Shown here: piece by piece, positions 29,293 through 36,986 of the stretch
Layout: every line of letters begins with the position of its first letter
Numbering within the stretch: position 1 is the stretch's first letter
DNA from: a virus
Direction: 5' to 3' (one strand)
Length of the DNA: 40,367 nt
Virus record (IMG/VR): IMGVR_UViG_3300046045_000002
Span: 1-40,367 of that record
Translations under genes and position numbers: made by a program
The notes under the pieces: model-generated
Seen by the model: the letters and a program-made list of their open reading frames with translations, nothing else
Database searches by the model: none
Told to the model about the DNA's origin: nothing

Positions 29293-31140
29293 ATGAACAT
29301 TCAGCTTGGGCGGGGCGGCAAGGTCCACTACGCGGGCGAGCCGGACGGTTACATGCCCGCCCCGAAGTGCGGCGGCAACCGCGCTGTTGAGGGCTACAGG
29401 GCCGTTAAGGCGGAAGTCGACTGTAAGAACTGCCTCAAGATCATGGCCGCCGAGGCGGCTGCGCAGGAAGCGCCCGAGGTCGAGGCGCCCACCGAGGACA
29501 AGGGAGAGACCGTGACCGTTACCGAGGTTCCCGCCGACACGGAGTACGACGCCGCTTTCGAGCGTGGTCGTTCGCTGGGCAAGGATCACGCCGAGGCGCA
29601 CGACTACGCGGCCGAGGTAGTGAGGAACGCGCGGATTCGCGCCGAGCAGGCCACCGAAAAGCTTCAGTACCGCACCATGCACCCCGTGACCGGCAAGCGT
29701 GTCCGTATTCCCTCGCCTAAGCCCGCTAAGTGGGCAGCGTGGGAGAACGGCAACCTTTTCGGCCTCGCCGACGTGGAAACCGTGGCCGAGGCTATTTCCT
29801 CGCTCCCCAAGGGGCGGGAATTCAACGTCACGGCTCTTTTCCCGATTTCCCCCCGCGATGCCGCACAGTCTGGTATCATCGCGCCCGATGTTCCGGTTAG
29901 CGCCGGAACCGCCACCACAGAGGAGAACGAAATGCCCCCTCGCAAGCGCGCTGCCGCTAAGCCCGCTAAGACGGCCGAGGTCGCCCCCGAGGCGCCCGAG
30001 GACACTGCCCCCGCCGACGCTGCCCCGATCGAGGGCGACACGCCCGCCGAGGACACCGCCGACGCTATCCAGCGGGCTAAGGACATCATCGCGCAGGTTC
30101 TCGCAGCCGCCGAGGTCGGCGAGTCGGCCGACCCGAACCGCATCAAGGAACTCGCCGAATCGGCGGAGACAATCATCGGTGAGCTGCCCATGGAGCACCG
30201 CACGGGCCTGCGCGCTGCGCTGGAGGAGGCTAAGCGGGGCGAGTCCTACACGGCCGAGGGTCACGGTAAGGACGGAAAGAAGAAGACGGCGTCTAAGGCC
30301 GTCGCTAAGAAGACGGCTGCGGCTGCGGCTACCAAGGAAACGCAGGACTACAAGCAAGCCATTCCCGACGCCGAAAAGGTCGTCGCCGACGTAGCCGCCG
30401 CGTACGCAAAGGGCGTCGAGTTCGAGCGCGAGAACTCCAACGCTGCCCGCTCGATCGCCGAAAAGGTGCTCGCCGCCCGTCTGTTCCTTTCCGACAAGGA
30501 TGGACACCCGGACTACAACGGCAAGTCGAACGCGGCAAAGGTGCTGTCGGGTGTCGTGTACGCCGCCGCTGGTTCCGGGTTCGAGCGCACCGAGGAAAAC
30601 GAGGACGCCCTAGACCGTCTGGTGAAGTCGGTGCAGAACCTGCGGAATGACGTTCTCGTGAAGTACGTCCGCAACATCGGCAAGGAAGACGCTCACCGGT
30701 TCTTCCCCAAGGCATTCGCGGCCGACCCCGAGGCCGACCCGACCGAGGCCATTCAGAAGTTCTACAAGATTCCGGAGCGCAGCACGTTCGAGATTCAGGC
30801 CGAAAAGCGCCGTCTCGAAAGGGCGCAGCGTAAGGCGCTTGCTGCGGGCAAGGAAAAGGAAGCTAAGGAACTCGGCGAGGCGATCAAGACCGTCGGAAAG
30901 ACCGAGGCCGAGGGCGGCGAGGGTGAGGGCGAGGCTGCCGCCGCGCCTAAGACGGCCGCCGAAAAGCGGAGGGCTAAGCACCTCGCTGCGATCGAGGCCG
31001 CAACGGAAAAGTTCGCCGACCTCGAAAAGGAAATCGAAAAGATCGATGCGGAGGAGGCCGCCGAACTAGTGGCCAAGCTGGAAGCGTTCAACGGCATGTC
31101 GGCGACGCTCACGGCCATGTTGAAGGGTAAGACCGCGTAG
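29293..31140 (+). CDS. Large acidic Ala/Glu/Lys-rich protein of unknown function (615 aa)
   Basis: ATG preceded by gaaggggcggac. N-terminal Cys motif PKCGG...CKNC, AKKT/PAKT basic tracts and long low-complexity acidic stretches. Confidence 0.7.
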   Translation: MNIQLGRGGKVHYAGEPDGYMPAPKCGGNRAVEGYRAVKAEVDCKNCLKIMAAEAAAQEAPEVEAPTEDKGETVTVTEVPADTEYDAAFERGRSLGKDHAEAHDYAAEVVRNARIRAEQATEKLQYRTMHPVTGKRVRIPSPKPAKWAAWENGNLFGLADVETVAEAISSLPKGREFNVTALFPISPRDAAQSGIIAPDVPVSAGTATTEENEMPPRKRAAAKPAKTAEVAPEAPEDTAPADAAPIEGDTPAEDTADAIQRAKDIIAQVLAAAEVGESADPNRIKELAESAETIIGELPMEHRTGLRAALEEAKRGESYTAEGHGKDGKKKTASKAVAKKTAAAAATKETQDYKQAIPDAEKVVADVAAAYAKGVEFERENSNAARSIAEKVLAARLFLSDKDGHPDYNGKSNAAKVLSGVVYAAAGSGFERTEENEDALDRLVKSVQNLRNDVLVKYVRNIGKEDAHRFFPKAFAADPEADPTEAIQKFYKIPERSTFEIQAEKRRLERAQRKALAAGKEKEAKELGEAIKTVGKTEAEGGEGEGEAAAAPKTAAEKRRAKHLAAIEAATEKFADLEKEIEKIDAEEAAELVAKLEAFNGMSATLTAMLKGKTA

Positions 31141-31151
31141 GGAACCTAATC

Positions 31152-31178
31152 GGGGCCTCGGGAAACCGGGGCCCCTTT
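31152..31178 (+). terminator. Stem-loop after the 615-aa gene
   Basis: ggggcc (31152..31157) / ggcccc (31170..31175) followed by ttt. Confidence 0.45.
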
Positions 31179-31184
31179 CGCCAC

Positions 31185-31207
31185 CACCTACTAGTCACTA
31201 GTAGGTG
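31185..31207. repeat. 23-bp palindrome copy 12 (centre tca)
   Basis: Exact arms. Ends 19 nt before ATG 31227. Confidence 0.95.
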
Positions 31208-31226
31208 GTCGAGGGAGGGAAGTGAA

Positions 31227-31523
31227 ATGAGGCAGAAGCGTCAGTATCAGATCAACATGGGAACGGTGTCCTCGACGTCTAACGGACAGGTGCTCATGTA
31301 CGCGTGGATTCCCGAGGGTCCCGACGCCGATCGATCCTTGCAGTGCAGCGCCGACACGACATGGGTCCGCGAATACGCTGCCCGACTGATCGAGGCGGCC
31401 GACCAAACCGACAAGCACACGGCCGAGCGTCTCGCCCGGCTGGAAGCGCAGCGCGAGACGCCCGTAACCCGTGCCTACTCGGAGGGGCTCATCAGGGAAA
31501 CGCGGCGCGAGGGGGAGAAGTGA
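31227..31523 (+). CDS. Hypothetical protein (98 aa)
   Basis: ATG preceded by gagggagggaagtgaa. Confidence 0.6.
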   Translation: MRQKRQYQINMGTVSSTSNGQVLMYAWIPEGPDADRSLQCSADTTWVREYAARLIEAADQTDKHTAERLARLEAQRETPVTRAYSEGLIRETRREGEK

Positions 31524-31831
31524 CCGGCGAATACCTCGCACTGTTGCGCTGCGTCGACTGCCGGAACGGGTTCATGGCATGCCCTGATTGCGTGAACACG
31601 ATCCGCATTGACCCGGCTACCGGGTTGCCGCCGGACGTCGAGGTAATCGACGGAAAGGCCGTGCACAAGGAACCCGACCCCGAGGCGACCGCCCGCAGCG
31701 TGAAACAGCCCGTGTGCGACGACTGCATTCGGGAGCGGAACCGCACCTACGACCGGGGCGGGGAAGGCGTGGAGCACATCTACGGGTACCTCGAAACAGC
31801 GGAAGAACGACACGGGAGGGCACACGCATGA
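31520..31831 (+). CDS. Zinc-finger protein (103 aa)
   Basis: GTG overlapping the previous stop (GTGA). CVDC...CPDC...CDDC. Confidence 0.55.
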   Translation: MTGEYLALLRCVDCRNGFMACPDCVNTIRIDPATGLPPDVEVIDGKAVHKEPDPEATARSVKQPVCDDCIRERNRTYDRGGEGVEHIYGYLETAEERHGRAHA

Positions 31832-32019
31832 GCGGCAAGCCGCGCACATGGTTCCTCGTAGAAATCGAGGGCGACGACGCAAGCCACGCTGCACAGCGTG
31901 ACCACGTCATTACGTACTGCGACAAGCGGGTTAGCTTCCCCAAGGGAGGCACCGCCCGGCCGACGTGCCCCGACTGCCGACAGATGGTCGCCGCCCTCGA
32001 CCCCCAGGAAACCCCCTAG
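31828..32019 (+). CDS. Hypothetical protein (63 aa)
   Basis: ATGA overlap with the previous gene. YCDK...CPDC. Confidence 0.5.
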   Translation: MSGKPRTWFLVEIEGDDASHAAQRDHVITYCDKRVSFPKGGTARPTCPDCRQMVAALDPQETP

Positions 32020-32040
32020 GCGCCCCTCTGAGCCCCTCGC

Positions 32041-32078
32041 AGCCCCGCTAGGCCCCTCCGGCCCGGCGGGGCTTTCTC
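32041..32078 (+). terminator. Stem-loop at the start of module B
   Basis: agccccgc (32041..32048) / gcggggct (32066..32073) followed by ttctc. Confidence 0.5.
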
Positions 32079-32118
32079 ATGCCCGCAGACGGGCGCGTGT
32101 GGCCTCGACAGCGGGCAG

Positions 32119-32211
32119 GATGACGAGTGACGACTTTTACATGAACCTCGGTATCCCTTAAGAGCCTCTATAGACATTCCTGAACGACTACCAATTTCGT
32201 CATTCGTCATC
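32119..32211. repeat. Inverted-arm element, copy B (93 nt)
   Basis: Arms GATGACGAGTGACGAC (32120..32135) and TTCGTCATTCGTCATC (32196..32211). The 27-nt core at 32152..32178 is identical to copy A. Spacer lengths are the same as in A (16 and 17 nt) but the spacer sequences differ. Confidence 0.9.
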
Positions 32212-32223
32212 GGCCGGTCGGCC

Positions 32224-32241
32224 GTAAACCCTTGCGCTCCC
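32224..32241 (+). promoter_or_regulatory. Early-gene motif copy 4 (GTAAACCCTTGCGCTCCC)
   Basis: 12 nt after element B and 37 nt upstream of ATG 32279. Confidence 0.55.
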
Positions 32242-32278
32242 TCACTGGTGTAAGCACACCACCGAGGGAAGGGGCCAC

Positions 32279-33151
32279 ATGGCCACCGTCCGCACCGTCC
32301 ACCGAGGCGGAAGCCGGTTCTATGTCCATCCGGACACGCCAGAGATCAAGGTTCCCGGCGTCACGTCCGTAATCGGCATGCTGCCTAAGCCGTTCCTCGC
32401 CCCGTGGAACGCAAAGCTAGTCGCCGAACTCGCCGTAGACTCCCTGCCCTTTGTCGAGCAGATGGCACAGCGCGACCGGCAAGGGGCCGTCGACTTCCTT
32501 AAGGGTGCCGCCCGCCGGTACACAAAGGTGCGCGCCGAAATCGGGTCCGCCGCTCACGATCTGTTCGAGCGCATGATCCGGGGCGAGGGCGACCTCACCG
32601 AGCGCGATTACCGGGGCCGGTTCCGCGTGAGCGTTCACCCCGACCTCGAACCGTACCGGGCCAACTTCGCTGAGTTCCTGGAAGTCGTGAACCCGGAACT
32701 TGTCGGCGCCGAAGATGTGGCGTGGTCCGATGAGCACGAGTACGCGGGGTCGTTCGACGCCATGCTTCGTGTGTGGCTGGACGACGACAACAACCCGACG
32801 CCGGATCGCTCGGGCACGCCGGTTCTGCTTATGGCCGACTGGAAGACGTCTAAGGACATTCACGCCGAGGTCGCCCTACAGATGGCGGCTTACGCCTACG
32901 CCGACCGGATCATCAAGCCGGACGGCACCAGTGTGCCCATGCCGGAATTCGACGGCGCTGCGGTGCTGCACATCACGCCCGATCAGTGGACGTTCAAGCC
33001 CGTCCGTATCGAGCGCGACGTGTTCGACTTCTTCCTTTCGCTGCGGCACGTCTTCAACTGGGACCGCGACGTGTCTAAGACCGTCGTAGGCCGTGCCATT
33101 GCGCGCAGCGCGGGGCGGCTGGTCACCGGTACACAGCGGCGTGCGCGATGA
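32279..33151 (+). CDS. RecB-family PD-(D/E)XK exonuclease
   Basis: 290 aa. GSFDAML, LLMADWKTSKD and QMAAYAYA (QxxxY) motifs. No Cas4-type Cys cluster. Confidence 0.75.
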   Translation: MATVRTVHRGGSRFYVHPDTPEIKVPGVTSVIGMLPKPFLAPWNAKLVAELAVDSLPFVEQMAQRDRQGAVDFLKGAARRYTKVRAEIGSAAHDLFERMIRGEGDLTERDYRGRFRVSVHPDLEPYRANFAEFLEVVNPELVGAEDVAWSDEHEYAGSFDAMLRVWLDDDNNPTPDRSGTPVLLMADWKTSKDIHAEVALQMAAYAYADRIIKPDGTSVPMPEFDGAAVLHITPDQWTFKPVRIERDVFDFFLSLRHVFNWDRDVSKTVVGRAIARSAGRLVTGTQRRAR

Positions 33152-33303
33152 CGCGCGAGGACGCGCTCAAGGAAGCGCAGGAACTCGTCAAGGCCATGGC
33201 CACGAACAGCCGGGGCTTTATGGATGGCGCGTCGTTCGAGTCGCGCGTGTCGGCAACGATCCGAATTGCCGAATTCCTTATTGCCGAGGGGGACGGCGAA
33301 TGA
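33148..33303 (+). CDS. Hypothetical protein (51 aa)
   Basis: ATGA overlap at both ends. Below the cutoff of the ORF track. Confidence 0.4.
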   Translation: MTREDALKEAQELVKAMATNSRGFMDGASFESRVSATIRIAEFLIAEGDGE

Positions 33304-33521
33304 CCGCCGTTCGCGTGGTCCAGACGAAACCGGCGTTCAAGTACCCCGCCGGTAAGCACTGGGGGCCGTACAAGCACCTTGCCGACGCCCTAGAGCGCGT
33401 GAAGCTACTGCGGCGTCATGGGGGCGACGGAAAGGTTCAGGCGGGGGAGTGGAATCCCTGCGTGATGACCCGCCCCGAGGTCGAGTGGGACGTGTCCGAG
33501 GACGACGCCGACGGCGCGTAA
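33300..33521 (+). CDS. Hypothetical protein (73 aa)
   Basis: ATG overlapping the previous stop. The ORF ends inside motif copy 5. Confidence 0.5.
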   Translation: MTAVRVVQTKPAFKYPAGKHWGPYKHLADALERVKLLRRHGGDGKVQAGEWNPCVMTRPEVEWDVSEDDADGA

Positions 33522-33535
33522 ACCCTTGCGCTCTA
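33518..33535 (+). promoter_or_regulatory. Early-gene motif copy 5 (GTAAACCCTTGCGCTCTA, consensus)
   Basis: Its TAA is the stop of the upstream gene. 41 nt upstream of ATG 33577. Confidence 0.55.
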
Positions 33536-33576
33536 CCCACCTTGCACCACCCCAACTAGCCGAGGAGAGAACGGCA

Positions 33577-33960
33577 ATGGAGCGAATCAAGGTCACCGAG
33601 GCGCAGGTTAAGACGGCGCTGATCGAGGCGGTTGCCGAAAAGGGCGACGACTACGTGTACACGAACCCGGACGGCGAGTCGGCCACGGGTGCGGCTGCCT
33701 CTTGCTACTACGTGCACGGCGACAAGCCCGGCTGTCTGGTCGGCAACGCGCTTCACCGCCTCGGGGTTCCGCTGTCGGCGCTTGAGGCGCATGAGATGCG
33801 CGGGGCGTACAGCGTGGCTAAGGAACTGATCGACGTCACGGACAGCAGCAGCACTTTCACCATGCTGGCCGAAGTGCAGGACTCGCAGGACAACGGCGCC
33901 ATGTGGGGTGATGCCCTCGCCTACGCCGGGGTTGTGACCCGGGTCGGCGACGACGCGTAA
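33577..33960 (+). CDS. Hypothetical protein (127 aa)
   Basis: ATG preceded by gaggagagaacggca. Confidence 0.6.
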   Translation: MERIKVTEAQVKTALIEAVAEKGDDYVYTNPDGESATGAAASCYYVHGDKPGCLVGNALHRLGVPLSALEAHEMRGAYSVAKELIDVTDSSSTFTMLAEVQDSQDNGAMWGDALAYAGVVTRVGDDA

Positions 33961-33974
33961 ACCGCTGCGCTCTA
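33957..33974 (+). promoter_or_regulatory. Early-gene motif copy 6 (GTAAACCGCTGCGCTCTA)
   Basis: Its TAA is the stop of the upstream gene. 73 nt upstream of ATG 34048, with the hairpin gagggggcgggaaag/ctttcccgccctc in between. Confidence 0.5.
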
Positions 33975-34047
33975 GCGGTACCGAGGGGGCGGGAAAGCGG
34001 CCAAATCCTTTCCCGCCCTCGGCCAAAACACCTTGAACGGAGAGACT

Positions 34048-34746
34048 ATGGCGCTGCGCATTTTCGACACCGACCCGGACGCTAAGCCTAAGCCGCGCAC
34101 GAACTACAACGATGACTATGTTGCCCGCTGGTACATGGGGCGGCAGGTCGACAACCAGCCCGAGGCGCTGAGCGAGTGGCGCGTGATGACCGGCGACCGT
34201 GAGATCGGGCAGGCTATCGCGCAGCTTTTCGGCGGACAGCCGGTCGAGACGGATTCCAGCGCGGACAAGTTCATCGAGGTTCTCACCACGTCGGCAAAGG
34301 TGCCGGTGATCCTCGACGGCCCTAAGTCCATCACTTCGGACATGAAGCTGTGGAACCGGGGCAAGCTGGTTCACCACTGTGACGGCGTCGACTTCCTGTC
34401 GCACAACGACGAAAAGCGTGTTGGCACGGCGTGCGGCTGCCCGCAGCTTTTCGCCGAGCGTAAGCAGGCTGCGCGCGACTACATGGGCCCCTCGCCCTCG
34501 ATCAACGTGCGTTTCCGCCTCGCCGATGATCCCGACCTCGGCGTGTGCCACTTCCAGACGACGTCATGGACGCTGGCCGAGGTGCTGCACGAGCACGACG
34601 ACGCGCTTCGGCGAATCGGTGGCGAGGCGTACGCGGAACTGTCTATCGAACTGGTCGAGTACACGACTAAGAAGGGTCGGCACGTCGAGTACCTCAAGCC
34701 GGTAATCCGTGTCGTCAAGGCGTGGCAAGACGCCATAGCCGACTAG
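34048..34746 (+). CDS. Hypothetical protein with a Cys/His cluster (232 aa); possible recombination partner of the exonuclease
   Basis: ATG preceded by ggagagact. HHCDG...GTACGCP. The function is inferred from position only. Confidence 0.35.
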   Translation: MALRIFDTDPDAKPKPRTNYNDDYVARWYMGRQVDNQPEALSEWRVMTGDREIGQAIAQLFGGQPVETDSSADKFIEVLTTSAKVPVILDGPKSITSDMKLWNRGKLVHHCDGVDFLSHNDEKRVGTACGCPQLFAERKQAARDYMGPSPSINVRFRLADDPDLGVCHFQTTSWTLAEVLHEHDDALRRIGGEAYAELSIELVEYTTKKGRHVEYLKPVIRVVKAWQDAIAD

Positions 34747-34780
34747 TCGCCGACCACCACCAAAACGAGGGAGATACCGC

Positions 34781-34993
34781 ATGGCTTTTTACGAGATTCT
34801 GCGCGAGGACGCGAACGGCTACGCGTCGGCCATTGTCCGGGCGCACGGCACTAAGCAGGCACTCGACGCTGTGAAGCACCTTGGGTTTACCCCGGCTAAC
34901 GCCGTGGTCGAGAGAGTTCCGGACGGGCGCGACGTTGATAACAAGGTTCTCGCCTTTGTCGAGGAACCGCACGACGCCGACTTTGCCGAGTAG
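34781..34993 (+). CDS. Hypothetical protein (70 aa)
   Basis: ATG preceded by gagggagataccgc. Confidence 0.55.
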   Translation: MAFYEILREDANGYASAIVRAHGTKQALDAVKHLGFTPANAVVERVPDGRDVDNKVLAFVEEPHDADFAE

Positions 34994-34996
34994 CCC

Positions 34997-35176
34997 GTGA
35001 CTGAGCACAACGGGGGTCGGGACACCGACGATTCCGACCCCCGCCCCGTGGCGCTCATCCTCAAGTTTGCTTCCGACGAATTCGTTCGGTTGCCGCTGTG
35101 GTACTTCCGCCCGCAGGTAGTCAAGGCCGTCATTCACGAACGTCGGCGCCGGTTCGGCGTGTACGACGACGAATAG
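34997..35176 (+). CDS. Hypothetical protein (59 aa)
   Basis: GTG start. The frame was read by hand (VTEHNGGRDTDDSDPRPVALILKF...). Fills the gap and is just below the ORF-track cutoff. Confidence 0.4.
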   Translation: MTEHNGGRDTDDSDPRPVALILKFASDEFVRLPLWYFRPQVVKAVIHERRRRFGVYDDE

Positions 35177-35186
35177 GAGAGAGCAC

Positions 35187-35504
35187 ATGGCCAGCGCTGA
35201 GAAGAAGACCAAGACCACCGTTGAGCACACCATCACGCTTACCCTCACCATGGCCGAGGCCGAGGCGGTTGCCGCTGTTCTCGGGAACGTCGGGGGCGAG
35301 ATTGCGTCGACCCCGCGCAAGGAATCCGACGGCGTGTTCTGGGCACTGTCTAAGGCCGGTGTCGACGTGACCCACATGACCGGCGACCACGCGGGGCGCA
35401 GGGTTTCCGGCGAGATTCGCTTTCACAAGTCCGTGACCGAGGCGCAGCGCGCTAAGGGAGCGAGCCCGTTCGGTGACGACTTCCTTAAGCGGGTGGGTCT
35501 CTAA
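35187..35504 (+). CDS. Hypothetical protein (105 aa)
   Basis: ATG preceded by aggagagagcac. Confidence 0.6.
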   Translation: MASAEKKTKTTVEHTITLTLTMAEAEAVAAVLGNVGGEIASTPRKESDGVFWALSKAGVDVTHMTGDHAGRRVSGEIRFHKSVTEAQRAKGASPFGDDFLKRVGL

Positions 35505-35776
35505 TGGGGAAGCGCGGTGTCGTCACCGACTATGCGGGCGAGGAACTGTACCCGGGTGATCTGATCGCCTACGCGGCCCGACAGGGCAACCGGGTGCGCA
35601 TGACGGATGCGACGGTCGAGCGGGTGACCGCTAAGAACATCGGTGGTCGACTGGTCCCGATGCTTAAGGTTCTGCCGACCGGCATCGAATCGGGTTTCAC
35701 TGCCCGCCGGAAGATCCGGGCACAGTGGATCGGTGCTGAACACGCGCGGCTTATCCAGCCGGGCGAGGAAGGCTAA
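35504..35776 (+). CDS. Hypothetical protein (90 aa)
   Basis: TAATG overlap with the previous gene. Confidence 0.55.
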   Translation: MGKRGVVTDYAGEELYPGDLIAYAARQGNRVRMTDATVERVTAKNIGGRLVPMLKVLPTGIESGFTARRKIRAQWIGAEHARLIQPGEEG

Positions 35777-35786
35777 GCCAAGGGGA

Positions 35787-35820
35787 GGGGTCGGAGCGCT
35801 CACGCGTTCCGGCCCCTTTT
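35787..35820 (+). terminator. Intrinsic terminator
   Basis: ggggtcgga (35787..35795) / tccggcccc (35808..35816; one G-U pair) followed by tttt. Confidence 0.6.
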
Positions 35821-35827
35821 CGTGTTT

Positions 35828-35850
35828 CACCTACTAGTCACTAGTAGGTG
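35828..35850. repeat. 23-bp palindrome copy 13 (centre tca)
   Basis: Exact arms. Ends 13 nt before the GTG at 35864. Confidence 0.95.
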
Positions 35851-35863
35851 GGGAAGGGTCGGC

Positions 35864-36040
35864 GTGGTCCGACAGATCACAGACAAGACAGCCCCTGCCA
35901 TGGGGGACGTGAGGCGCATGCAGACGGGCGACACGTTGCTAGTGCACGATGCTGCCCGCAAGCGCGCCGACTGGTCGAGGTTTCAGGATGCAATCCGCCA
36001 TGCCGTCGCGCGTGGCGCCGAGGTTAGGTGGGTCCATTGA
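35864..36040 (+). CDS. Hypothetical protein (58 aa from GTG 35864)
   Basis: The longer ORF from 35822 would start inside the palindrome. The start is uncertain (an ATG at 35900 is also possible). Confidence 0.4.
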   Translation: MVRQITDKTAPAMGDVRRMQTGDTLLVHDAARKRADWSRFQDAIRHAVARGAEVRWVH

Positions 36041-36123
36041 TGGGCGTAGATATCGGTATCGCTGTCGTGTATTTCATCGTCGGCACCATCTTCGGATGGC
36101 ACATCGCGCGAGACGGTAGGTGA
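36040..36123 (+). CDS. Possible 27-aa hydrophobic peptide
   Basis: MGVDIGIAVVYFIVGTIFGWHIARDGR. ATGA and GTGA overlaps with both neighbours. Confidence 0.25.
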   Translation: MGVDIGIAVVYFIVGTIFGWHIARDGR

Positions 36124-36554
36124 GTGGCCTACGGGCGTGCCGCCAATGTGGGCGCACTCGACCCGCCGAGGAATTCATAGCCGGGAAGGCTAAGCGGAAC
36201 GCGTCGAATTGTGCGACGTGCCGCCGGAAGAATGCCGCCGAGCACCGCCGGAAGTACTACGCGTCGTTGCCGCCGGATAAGCGGCACGAACTCACGCACC
36301 GCCGACGTGCCGAGGGGTACGGCGTAGAGCACGTGGCATACAGCCGTACGGCGATCATGCGCCGTTGGCGGAACGCGTGCTGTTACTGCAATGGGGTGGC
36401 TACTCACCTCGACCACGTGCACCCGCTGTCCAAGGGTGGCGCCGACCGGGAATCCAACATCGTTCCCGCGTGTCGGTCGTGCAACCTTTCCAAGGGTGCA
36501 AAGTCGCTAGCGGATTGGGCCGACACGTTCGGGCCGGAAGATCCGCCGTTCTAG
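36120..36554 (+). CDS. HNH endonuclease (144 aa)
   Basis: HLDHVHPLSKGGADRESNIVPACRSCNLSKG. N-terminal CRQCG...CATC zinc ribbon. Confidence 0.85.
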   Translation: MSGLRACRQCGRTRPAEEFIAGKAKRNASNCATCRRKNAAEHRRKYYASLPPDKRHELTHRRRAEGYGVEHVAYSRTAIMRRWRNACCYCNGVATHLDHVHPLSKGGADRESNIVPACRSCNLSKGAKSLADWADTFGPEDPPF

Positions 36555-36565
36555 GAAGGCTGACA

Positions 36566-36949
36566 GTGCGCCCTGATTGGGATTCGTACTTTCTCGGCAT
36601 TGCGCGCGCTGTGGCTGCCCGTGCCGACTGCACCCGCCGACAGGTTGGCGCCGTGGTGGTCGACACGGGGAACCGTGTTCTCTCGGTGGGGTACAACGGT
36701 GCCCCGCCGGGAGTTCCCGGATGCCTCACAGCGGGTGCGTGCCCTCGGGGCCGACTGAGTAAGGCCGACGTCCCCTCGGGAACCGGCGATTACGACCATT
36801 GCGTAAGCGTGCACGCCGAGGCTAACGCGCTGTTGTATTCCGACCCAGTGCGCCGGATTGACGGCACGCTGTATTGCACTGATGAGCCGTGCCCCGGCTG
36901 CCGGAAGCTGATCGAGGGCGCTGGAATTGCCCGGGTGGTGGTCGCGTAA
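36566..36949 (+). CDS. dCMP deaminase
   Basis: VHAEANAL and EPCPGC zinc-binding motifs. GTG preceded by ggaaggctgaca. Confidence 0.85.
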   Translation: MRPDWDSYFLGIARAVAARADCTRRQVGAVVVDTGNRVLSVGYNGAPPGVPGCLTAGACPRGRLSKADVPSGTGDYDHCVSVHAEANALLYSDPVRRIDGTLYCTDEPCPGCRKLIEGAGIARVVVA

Positions 36950-36963
36950 ACCCTTGCGCTCTA
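36946..36963 (+). promoter_or_regulatory. Early-gene motif copy 7 (GTAAACCCTTGCGCTCTA, consensus)
   Basis: Its TAA is the deaminase stop. 23 nt upstream of ATG 36987. Confidence 0.55.
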
Positions 36964-36986
36964 TGGCGGGCGAGGAAAGGAAAACC

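Larger units (their letters stand above)
32020..32245 (+). repeat. Duplicated intergenic module, copy B
   Basis: Colinear with 7721..7990 but lacks the 41-bp segment bounded by direct repeats. Confidence 0.85.

Noticed and set aside
29251-30507. A 418-aa ORF on the minus strand, opposite the 615-aa gene.
   Set aside because: This is a typical high-GC shadow ORF. It is Gly/Arg/Leu-rich and lies entirely antisense to a well-signalled + strand gene. It has no start context, and every neighbouring gene is on the + strand.
33556-34551. A 331-aa minus-strand ORF spanning three + strand genes.
   Set aside because: It crosses the intergenic motif copy at 33957 and the hairpin at about 33980..34020. 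It is antisense to genes that have good SD sequences. Its Arg/Val/Gly-rich composition fits a shadow frame.
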